A stretch of DNA of 64,000 bases, taken from the NCBI GenBank assembly GCA_015490805.1, contig WFXC01000018.1, positions 72,880-136,879 on the forward strand, written 5' to 3'. The notes under the pieces are model-generated. The model saw nothing but the letters and a program-made list of their open reading frames with translations. It did no database searches and had not been told where the DNA came from. Within the stretch, counting starts at the first letter, position 1; every line of letters starts with the position of its first letter. The position numbers and the translations under genes are program-made. Of the stretch, positions 49,937 to 58,027 are shown piece after piece. This DNA is from Candidatus Kapaibacterium sp. (GTDB taxonomy: Bacteria; Bacteroidota; Ignavibacteria; Kapaibacteriales; WFXC01).

Positions 49937-52900
49937 TTAGCGAATCACAAAGAGCAATGCACGCCGCAGAACGTTCGGTCCACGGAGCAGCACAAAATAC
50001 TGTCCTGGGGGTAGCGAATGGATCGGAAGTCGCAGCGCAGGAAGCGGCGATGGGATGGTTTGCTGGAATACGACAGCTCCAGCGAGGTTGAAAAGGCGGA
50101 TGGTTAAGGGATAGTGGGAAGGGTGTGGCGGAAGCGTGAGTCGGGCGTCAGTGCCAAGTGTCATTACAGGTGCGGAGCTGGTGGGATGGGGGAGCGCGAT
50201 GGTGGTTAAGGTAACGCTGATGTGGAATGGGGGAGTCTGCACAGAGCCGCAGGCGTTTTCAACGATGCAGAAGTATTCGCCTTCATCGAATCGTTGGATC
50301 GGTGCAAATCGCAGGATGTTGGTGTCCAGCGAACGGAATGGTTGGCCGTTTTTGAACCAGTGATACCGCAGTGGAGAGGATCCACGAGCTGAAATGCGCA
50401 GTATCAGCGTATCGTTTTCTGTGACCGTTGTATCGCCGGGGAAGTGCTGGAGCATCGGTGGTTCCAGGACCTGAATCGTTGCGGGAGGGGATTGCGTCTG
50501 ACCGCAGTCGTTTTCAACGGAGCAAGTATAGATACCGGAGTCAGTAGAGTCCAGATTTTCCAGGTATAAACGAGGGAGAGTTTGCTGCGCAAGGGGTTCG
50601 CCGTTGCGGGACCACTGGTAGCGAAGGGGTGCTGTTCCTTCTGCCCTAACTTCCAGCACAATAGTTTCCCCGGCACAGAGGCTGGCGGATTGCGGTGCCT
50701 GCGTAATCACCGGCGGCACATTCACAATCAAAGCAGCGTTTTTGGAATATGCTGTTTTCCCGCCCGGCTGCGCAGTGATTTGCACGTTGTAATTGGTCGC
50801 AGCATCTGAGGGATCCACGTTGAAAATGGTAAGGGTGGGTGTGGTCACGCCCTGATATTTCCCGCCGTCCGAGAGAGCGACAGCGCCGCGGCGCCATTGA
50901 TACTGCAGAATGGTGCTATCTTCTGTAGGATGCGCTTTGACCTGAAAGGTGGCAATGTTGCCCTTGCAGAGCACCTGATCCTGCGGATGCTCTGTAATTG
51001 CAATGCCGGGGACAATGACGGTCAGGGAAACAGCACGGCTGGTGTCGCTGCCACACTCCCCAGAGACGACGCAGTAGTAATTGTTGCTCACGTCCGTTGG
51101 GTGAACGGCCGTGATCGTCAGCGTTGGAGTTGTGCTGCCAGCGATGCGAGCACCATCCTGGAGAGGAATTCCATCCCGATACCATTGGTACGACCGGGCA
51201 AAGGTGTCAGCAACGACGGTGAACGTCGCTGGCTTGGCGACGCGAGTTTCAACCGAAACTGGCTGCTGGAGTATCTGTGGTGGTGCAACAACGGTTAGCG
51301 TTGCGGGAGCTGTGATCACTGTATCGCAGGGATGGAGGATCAGGAGACGGTATCGTTCGCCGCTCTGATCGAAATCGACAGCCGGTAGCCGGAGGGTGTC
51401 CGACGTCGCACCCGGCAAAGTAATCCATTGGTCATCGTCTGGTAACTGGAGCTGCCATTGATACGCTGGAAGCGGATCGGCAAGAACGATGGGAATGAAA
51501 ATAACCGTATCACCGGCGCAAACTGTGGTGTCCGATGGAGGTGAGAGAAGCCGGGGTGGCGTATAAACGTGGAGCAGTGCAGATGCTGAGGTATCTGCAC
51601 CGCACTGGTTGTAGGCGATGGTGCGAATGAGGATTCCGTTCCAGTCTGCCGGGACACTGTCGATGGAAAGTTGTAGCGTGTCAGAGTCGGGAATTGGGAA
51701 CCAGGTTTTCCCGGTATCGGTGCTGTATTCCCACTGCAGTACCGGTGATGGGAATCCATCGACTGCAACAGAAAATGTAATGGGATTGCCAGGGCAGACC
51801 GATTGATCTATCGGAGCGTGGACGATAGACGGAGGAGTGTAGACCAGAAGTCGGAAAGAAGTAGAGGTATCAGCGCCGCAGGTGTTGGTAGCCCGTAATC
51901 GGTACAGGCGGTTGTGCCAATGAGGCTGCAATGGAAGCGTTAGAGTTGTTTCGTTGGTTGCTGCTACCTGCCAGGTGTCCCCATCGTCCGTGCTGTATTC
52001 CCAGGTTAAAGACGGCGGTGGCGTGCCGGTCACAGAAGCTGCTACCAGCACGGTTTCGCCGGTGCAGCCGGCGACAGTGTCCGAAGACAGAGAGAGCGTA
52101 ATGGCTGGTGGCTGATACACTGTCAACAGTGCCGGTTGCGAGATGATCGTATCACCACAGTCGTTCCAGATGCGGACGCGGTATTGCCGCTGGTCGTACG
52201 CTGGGGGGACATTGGCAAGAAGGAGGAGGGAGTCCCGACCATTGGGCAGCGGAATCCATTGACCGTGATTATCGGAGCGATATTCCCACTGGAAGCGAGG
52301 CTGCGTACCGGTAGCGTGGACGATGAATCGAGCTGTATCACCGGCACAGACGGTTTGTGGAAGTGGATGTGCCTGAATTGCGACGGGATGAATAAGAAAC
52401 AATCGAGCAGTCGCAGAGTAAGCAGTGCCGCACTGGTTCTCTATCCGGGCACGATAGTACAGGCTATCCTGTGCCGCCTGAACGTTCGGTATGCGAAGTG
52501 TTGGTGTTGTTTCGCCTAAGATAGCGCCCCAGTATAATCCGTTATTGCTGACTTCCCATTGGATGGTGGGAAGCGGAGCGCCAGTTACTGTCACCGTGAA
52601 GATGGCGGTGTCACCGGGGCAGACAAAGGCAGTTTGAGGCTGGTTGACAATAACCGGGGCGCTTCCGACAAAACGGAGAGCCGAGGAATCGTGCTGGGGA
52701 TCGCTTCCCAGAGTGGTGAGGAGAAATCGTATTGATCGTCCTGCCATCGAATACGGGACGTTCCAGAGGAATATTCCCGTTTCAGCATTGATGGTGTCAA
52801 CAGAGACAACGGATCGTTCAGGGGAAAGCTGGACAACTGCAACTTCCACCGCATTGGCGTTCAGGACATTCCACCGGACAGTATCAATACTGCTGGTACA

Positions 52901-53977
52901 GACAGTGTCCGGGATTATCGGTGCTGTCAGGGTCAATGTCACAGCACCGGGCAACACCTCCCACGAACCATTGGCAGTGACGTCGTCGCTTCGGTACCAC
53001 GGCGCAGCAGGTCGGCGGCGCTGGACAATCGATGTTGCTGGTAACCACGCAGATTGCATATCGGCAACGCTGATGCCGCGACGTAGGTTTGTGATTCTGA
53101 CGCTTCCCAATCGGAACAGCGTATCAGGAACGAGAAATATTTTTTGCGTGAATTCGGATTGTGATGTCGTTTGAGGTGCTGCAAGGTGCAGGGTTACCGT
53201 GTCACCGGAACGATCGGCAGAAAGCTGGTAATAGTCTTCGATTTGAGCGCTGGCTGGGTCTTCAAAGAAAATACTGCTGTTTGCGGTTAAAATGGTTGTG
53301 TCGAGACGAAAACGGAGAAAGGCAGTGTCAAGGTAGAAGACCGTACCGCCGGTTCGGCGGATGAAGATATCAGCGGTGTACTGTGTTGCTACAACCTGCT
53401 GATTGCGCAACTGGAGCGTAAAGAACGGTCCTAAGGGGACAGATGGAATGGCAGAGGCTGTGTAGTTGATCTGGACGATCGTTTGCGATTGGGGGTCGTA
53501 GGTGTAGAGGACCGTTTTCAACGGATGCGATGTTCGCCATTGTGGAGCAAAGCTGCCAGTAAATTGGGTAAAGCCCGTCAGGCGAATCGTCCCCAGTTTT
53601 GTGCCATTGCCACTATTGCTGATCTGTACCGTGTTCGTTGTTCGAGGGCGGGCGGAAAGAAAGGTGATGTCGATAGCGATGATCCACGGCAGATTGGGCA
53701 GCGTGGTGTACACGTACGTGCTGGGGGAGTAGAGAGCGGGTAGAGCAGAAGTAAAGCTCAGTTGTGGAGATCCGAATTTGGTGCTGTCGATGTTCAGATA
53801 TAGGGTGCAATCTGTCAAATAGAGTGGCTGCGAACCGGTTCGCTTCAGGTAAACTTCTGCTGTCCAGACGGTATCCTGAAGTTGAACATTTTGCAGGGAG
53901 AGAATGCCCGTTTGCGCCAGACCAATCTGGAGAAGGAACAGAAAAACGATACCGGATTGCAGAAAGCAGCGACTCAT
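49937..53977 (-). CDS. 1346 aa cell-surface protein with many tandem Ig-like (beta-sandwich) domains and a T9SS C-terminal sorting domain
   Basis: Signal peptide MSRCFLQSGIVFLFLLQIGLAQ. Recurring roughly 90 aa modules with conserved Cys and Trp and Y.C...N.CG motifs. Por_Secre_tail-like C-terminus. The ATG overlaps the mutL stop (ATGA). Confidence 0.7.
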   Translation of the reverse strand: MSRCFLQSGIVFLFLLQIGLAQTGILSLQNVQLQDTVWTAEVYLKRTGSQPLYLTDCTLYLNIDSTKFGSPQLSFTSALPALYSPSTYVYTTLPNLPWIIAIDITFLSARPRTTNTVQISNSGNGTKLGTIRLTGFTQFTGSFAPQWRTSHPLKTVLYTYDPQSQTIVQINYTASAIPSVPLGPFFTLQLRNQQVVATQYTADIFIRRTGGTVFYLDTAFLRFRLDTTILTANSSIFFEDPASAQIEDYYQLSADRSGDTVTLHLAAPQTTSQSEFTQKIFLVPDTLFRLGSVRITNLRRGISVADMQSAWLPATSIVQRRRPAAPWYRSDDVTANGSWEVLPGAVTLTLTAPIIPDTVCTSSIDTVRWNVLNANAVEVAVVQLSPERSVVSVDTINAETGIFLWNVPYSMAGRSIRFLLTTLGSDPQHDSSALRFVGSAPVIVNQPQTAFVCPGDTAIFTVTVTGAPLPTIQWEVSNNGLYWGAILGETTPTLRIPNVQAAQDSLYYRARIENQCGTAYSATARLFLIHPVAIQAHPLPQTVCAGDTARFIVHATGTQPRFQWEYRSDNHGQWIPLPNGRDSLLLLANVPPAYDQRQYRVRIWNDCGDTIISQPALLTVYQPPAITLSLSSDTVAGCTGETVLVAASVTGTPPPSLTWEYSTDDGDTWQVAATNETTLTLPLQPHWHNRLYRLRATNTCGADTSTSFRLLVYTPPSIVHAPIDQSVCPGNPITFSVAVDGFPSPVLQWEYSTDTGKTWFPIPDSDTLQLSIDSVPADWNGILIRTIAYNQCGADTSASALLHVYTPPRLLSPPSDTTVCAGDTVIFIPIVLADPLPAYQWQLQLPDDDQWITLPGATSDTLRLPAVDFDQSGERYRLLILHPCDTVITAPATLTVVAPPQILQQPVSVETRVAKPATFTVVADTFARSYQWYRDGIPLQDGARIAGSTTPTLTITAVHPTDVSNNYYCVVSGECGSDTSRAVSLTVIVPGIAITEHPQDQVLCKGNIATFQVKAHPTEDSTILQYQWRRGAVALSDGGKYQGVTTPTLTIFNVDPSDAATNYNVQITAQPGGKTAYSKNAALIVNVPPVITQAPQSASLCAGETIVLEVRAEGTAPLRYQWSRNGEPLAQQTLPRLYLENLDSTDSGIYTCSVENDCGQTQSPPATIQVLEPPMLQHFPGDTTVTENDTLILRISARGSSPLRYHWFKNGQPFRSLDTNILRFAPIQRFDEGEYFCIVENACGSVQTPPFHISVTLTTIALPHPTSSAPVMTLGTDARLTLPPHPSHYPLTIRLFNLAGAVVFQQTIPSPLPALRLPIHSLPPGQYFVLLRGPNVLRRALLFVIR

Positions 53978-55830
53978 TGCGACTCCTGCGTTGGAACGGG
54001 TGTCCGACCAAATCGAAGATCTAACTCTTTCAACGGGAATTCCAGCACTGTGGGGCGTCCGTGCGGACAGACGTACGGAGCGGAGCACTGGTAAAGGTCT
54101 GCGATGAGTTGTTCAACTTCCTCATCGGAGAGTGCATCGCCGGATTTGATTGCTGCTTTACAGGCAAAGGAAGCAGCCAGTTGCTCGCGTTGATCGGGAT
54201 ATTCCAGCACAGCGTGTTCTTTATAGTAGTGCAGCATATCCAGCAGGGCCTGTTTCTCCCGGTTGCCGGGAATGTCCTGCGGCACACTGAGCAGCTCAAT
54301 GGTGTGGTCATCGACAAAGGTGATCTGGAAACCCAGTTTCTCTAAGGCAGGCTGGAGTTCTTTGATCAGTGCAAGGTCTGAAGCAGGAAGTTCGATACGG
54401 AGCGGGAAGAGCAGCTTTTGCGCATACTGAAATTCCCGGTTCATTGCCCGCAACGCTTTTTCGTAAAGAATTCGTTCGTGTGCGGCGTGCTGGTCAATCA
54501 GGGCAAATCCTTCGGCGGTTTCCACCACGATGTACTTGTTATGCAGTTGGAGATAGCGGCGGGGAGAAGAACGCTGTAGCGGTGGAGATGCGGCTGCCCC
54601 TGACGCTGGAGGTGGAGAAAAAGGGGCGAAAGAAGCCTGGGAAGCAGGACGGGCTGAGCCAGTCGTGCGTTGCGGAGGTTGCTTAGCAGAGGGAATGGAA
54701 GCGGTAGCAGGATGTGGTCGGATCACTTCGCCGGTGATGCGATTGATGAGCAGTTCTTCCGCTGGTTTCTGCGGTGACTGGATGCGGAGCTTCTCAAATG
54801 GTGCTTTGGGATCGAATCCTACTCTGGGAGTAAGGTCTGCACTGGCTAACGCTTCTGCTACCGCTGTTCGTACCACGGCGTAGACTGTTCGTTCTTCCTC
54901 AAACTTCACTTCGTGTTTCTGCGGATGGACATTGACATCCACCTGTTCAGGATCCAGATGGAGAAAAAGCACGAAGACGGGATAGCGAGCTTCTTCCAGC
55001 AGGTGTTCGTATGCGCTGTATACCGCGTGTTGCAGTTGTCGGCTGATAATTGGTCGCTGGTTGAGAAACAGAAATTGTTCACTTCGCGACTTCTTCGCAA
55101 AGTCGGGTTGCCCGATGGAACCTGTCACCCGGATTCCGTGATCTTCCCAATCTACTGCAATCATCGATTCGGCGTATTCGGCACCGAAAAGAGCAGCGAT
55201 GCGGTCCAGCAGTGAGCCGGGAGGGAGGTCAAAGACCAGAGAATCATCGTCGTAGAAGACAAAGCGGATATCGGGATAGCCTAAGGCAAACTTTCGCATT
55301 GTTTCCGAAATCATCCGGAATTCTGTCAGATCCGATTTGAGGAATTTCCGCCGGGCAGGTACGTTGTAGAACAGGTTCTTCACGATGACCTGTGTCCCTT
55401 CATCGCACTGGTATGGCTCCAGTTGGGGTTCAGTATTCGGTGTCGAGAGCAAGCGCCAGCCGGTTGAGGCACCACGGCGGCGAGAACGGATTTCCAGTTG
55501 CGCAACGGAAGCGATGGAGGCTAAGGCTTCGCCTCGAAAGCCGAGTGTAAGAATGCGGTGCAGATCTTCAGCAGAATGAATTTTACTGGTGGCGTGGCGC
55601 TTGATTGCCAGTGGAAGGTCTTCTTTTGCAATGCCTTTACCGTTGTCTACCACGTGGATCAACGTTTTTCCAGCTTTCCGCACCACAACCGAAATGGTGC
55701 TTGCCTCGGCATCGATTGCATTTTCCACGAGTTCCTTGACCACCGATTCGGGACGTTGCACAACTTCCCCGGCGGCGATCTGGTTTGCGATAAATTCGGG
55801 TAGTACCTGGATTTCGTTTCCTGTGTCCAT
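53974..55830 (-). CDS. mutL: DNA mismatch repair protein MutL
   Basis: GHKL ATPase N-terminus (IAAGEVVQRPESVVKELVENAIDA). Pro/Ala-rich linker. C-terminal dimerisation/endonuclease domain (DQHAAHERILYE). Confidence 0.9.
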   Translation of the reverse strand: MDTGNEIQVLPEFIANQIAAGEVVQRPESVVKELVENAIDAEASTISVVVRKAGKTLIHVVDNGKGIAKEDLPLAIKRHATSKIHSAEDLHRILTLGFRGEALASIASVAQLEIRSRRRGASTGWRLLSTPNTEPQLEPYQCDEGTQVIVKNLFYNVPARRKFLKSDLTEFRMISETMRKFALGYPDIRFVFYDDDSLVFDLPPGSLLDRIAALFGAEYAESMIAVDWEDHGIRVTGSIGQPDFAKKSRSEQFLFLNQRPIISRQLQHAVYSAYEHLLEEARYPVFVLFLHLDPEQVDVNVHPQKHEVKFEEERTVYAVVRTAVAEALASADLTPRVGFDPKAPFEKLRIQSPQKPAEELLINRITGEVIRPHPATASIPSAKQPPQRTTGSARPASQASFAPFSPPPASGAAASPPLQRSSPRRYLQLHNKYIVVETAEGFALIDQHAAHERILYEKALRAMNREFQYAQKLLFPLRIELPASDLALIKELQPALEKLGFQITFVDDHTIELLSVPQDIPGNREKQALLDMLHYYKEHAVLEYPDQREQLAASFACKAAIKSGDALSDEEVEQLIADLYQCSAPYVCPHGRPTVLEFPLKELDLRFGRTPVPTQESQ

Positions 55831-55944
55831 TGAGTTGTTTTTCTTTTCGCTGCTTACTTCCAATCCTAAGTTGACGACGGTTTCCGCGTTCTGGTGTCCA
55901 CCACTTTAGCAAGCTCGTCCCTCAGAGCGCAAGGATGATTTCCC

Positions 55945-56215
55945 GTTTTGGGGGATGCACGCTTCGGAATGTCTGGGAGCGCTCCCTTCAGGGCACATCT
56001 TTGCCGACTAAAGTCGGCGCTCCCAGTAGGAGCGCGCGTTTCAGCGTGCATTCTTTGCCGACTGAAGTCGGCGCTCCCGGTAGGATGTCATACAAGGTGT
56101 TCTCAGCCACTGGAAGTACACGCTTCAGAGTGCCTGGGAGCGCACACTTCAGTGTGCATCCTTGTACCTTCTGCTGACGAAAGTCGGTGCTCCCGGTGCC
56201 AGCGAAAGCCAGCGT
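55945..56215. repeat. cluster of short palindromic REP-like units (locus C), in reverse-complement orientation relative to loci A and B
   Basis: TTTGCCGACTAAAGTCGGCGCTCCCAG and TTTGCCGACTGAAGTCGGCGCTCCCGG are reverse complements of unit type A. GGATGCACACTGAAGTGTGCGCTCCCAG is type B reversed. Confidence 0.85.
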
Positions 56216-56249
56216 TCCTCGAAGGTCAACACAGGCTTTCGCGGATTTT

Positions 56250-56849
56250 CTACCGATAGCTCATAGCGTTGCGCAGAGCAGTCCGAATGAGTTCTTCAAC
56301 GGAGGGAGAGCGATCAAGCAGTTCTGCTGAAGCTACTTTGACCGCTTTTTCTGCTATGGTTTTGCTGTAGCCCAGAGCAATCAACGCTTCCACGGCTTCT
56401 CGGCGTGCCTGGAGCGCCACCCCATCTTCACTGATTGCTGGCTGAATGTCCCGCAGCTTATCCCGAAGTTCAACGACCAGTCGTTCCGCCGTCTTTTTTC
56501 CAATCCCCGGCAGCTTCTGCAGGAGTGCAACATTTGCGTTGTCCACGGCACTTTTGAGTTCGCCCGGACTGATCGCGGAGAGAATACCGAGTGCCAATTT
56601 GGGACCAATGCCGCTGATACCGATCAGCAGGCGGAAGACCCGACGCTCTTCTTCGGATAAAAATCCGTAAAGTTCCATCGCGTCTTCGCGGACGACAAAG
56701 TGCGTGTACAGTCGCACTTCGCTACCCGTGTCTCCCAGTTGATCGATTGTAGAGAGCGGGGCAAAGAGATAGTACCCAATCCCATTGCAGTCAATGACAA
56801 CACCGGTCGGTGTCTTGGCTACCAGCGTACCACGGATTTGAACAATCAT
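56250..56849 (-). CDS. ruvA: Holliday junction DNA helicase subunit RuvA
   Basis: 199 aa. N-terminal OB fold. Two HhH motifs (LIGISGIGPKLAL, LQKLPGIGKKTAERL). C-terminal domain III. Confidence 0.9.
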   Translation of the reverse strand: MIVQIRGTLVAKTPTGVVIDCNGIGYYLFAPLSTIDQLGDTGSEVRLYTHFVVREDAMELYGFLSEEERRVFRLLIGISGIGPKLALGILSAISPGELKSAVDNANVALLQKLPGIGKKTAERLVVELRDKLRDIQPAISEDGVALQARREAVEALIALGYSKTIAEKAVKVASAELLDRSPSVEELIRTALRNAMSYR

Positions 56850-57034
56850 TGAAATCCTTTGGTTGTCAGAAGATTAATTGCGAACCTCAGACGAGTATAT
56901 TTTGCTTTTTGGGTCATCGTTGGTGAAAAAGCAGAATACAATTCAACTGCACCCTGGTACTCCACGAGAAAAGAAAGTAGTGCGTCCTTAAAAAGCGAAA
57001 ATGGGTGTTTGTAAAACAATCCAGGTGGTAAACG

Positions 57035-57442
57035 ATGAATTATTACTTTAGTGTTCGGATTCCAGGAACGATTGACAGCGTACGTCCGACAGTAGAGGCG
57101 TTACTAAAAGAGGAAGGCTTCGGGATTCTGACCGAAATCGATGTGAAAGAGACGCTCAAAAAGAAGCTGGACGTTGATTTTCCGGGTTATGTCATTCTGG
57201 GCGCTTGCAATCCGCCGTTTGCTTATCAGGCACTGCAACGGGAGGAGAAAATCGGGCTGATGTTGCCGTGTAATGTTATTTTGCAGCAAAAGAATGGAGA
57301 GGTTGAGGTGAGTGCGATCGATCCGATTGCGTCGATGGCAGCAGTAGACAATCCTGGATTACAGGAAGTTGCAAAACAGGTTCGAGAAAAGTTACAGACA
57401 GTGATAAATCGTTTGTCGGAGCAGTATCCTGCGACGACGTAG
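57035..57442 (+). CDS. DUF302 domain protein
   Basis: 135 aa. DUF302-like pattern (GFGILTEIDVKETLKKKLDVDFPGYVILGACNP). Confidence 0.6.
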   Translation: MNYYFSVRIPGTIDSVRPTVEALLKEEGFGILTEIDVKETLKKKLDVDFPGYVILGACNPPFAYQALQREEKIGLMLPCNVILQQKNGEVEVSAIDPIASMAAVDNPGLQEVAKQVREKLQTVINRLSEQYPATT

Positions 57443-57453
57443 GGATAGTGTGA

Positions 57454-58017
57454 ATGTCCCTGTTAGTACCGATTGCCTCTGGTACTGAAGAGGCAGAAGC
57501 GGTCGTAACTATTGACATTTTGCGGCGTGCCAATCTGGAAGTCCTGGTTGCAGGCTTAACCAGTCCAGTGGTGTGTTCCCGAAAAGTGCAGATAGTCCCT
57601 GATACCACTGCTGATCGCATTGCTGAGGATACCCTTTTTGATGCGATAGTATTGCCCGGCGGAGCGGAAGGGACGAAGCAGTTGATGCACAGCGCGTGGC
57701 TTCGACAGTTGCTTCAACATCATCATCAACAACAGCGCTGGATTGCCGCCATTTGTGCCGCTCCCCTGATCCTTCACGTAACCCACATTTTACAGCCGGG
57801 GCAAATGGTGACAGGGCATCCCACGATTAAAGAGCATCTGGTGGAGCGGTACGTGTACCTCAATCAGCCGGTGGTGGTTGATGGGAAGATTATCACCAGT
57901 CAGGGAATGGGAACAGCGGTGGATTTTGCATTGAGCATTGTGTCGCAGCTTCAGTCACCAGCGCTTGCCCAGGAAATTGCAGACCGAATTTGCTATCAGT
58001 GGGATTCACGAAGGTGA
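57454..58017 (+). CDS. DJ-1/PfpI family protein
   Basis: 187 aa. Nucleophile-elbow region AAICAAP. Overall class I glutamine amidotransferase-like fold pattern. Confidence 0.75.
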   Translation: MSLLVPIASGTEEAEAVVTIDILRRANLEVLVAGLTSPVVCSRKVQIVPDTTADRIAEDTLFDAIVLPGGAEGTKQLMHSAWLRQLLQHHHQQQRWIAAICAAPLILHVTHILQPGQMVTGHPTIKEHLVERYVYLNQPVVVDGKIITSQGMGTAVDFALSIVSQLQSPALAQEIADRICYQWDSRR

Positions 58018-58027
58018 GGACGGCGCA

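Noticed and set aside
49937-54088. Numerous antisense and out-of-frame ORFs inside the giant Ig-protein gene and other long genes (for example 50136-50363, 50897-51298, 52644-53174)
   Set aside because: They lie entirely within a continuous 4 kb reading frame with consistent domain repeats. High GC content produces spurious open frames on the opposite strand.
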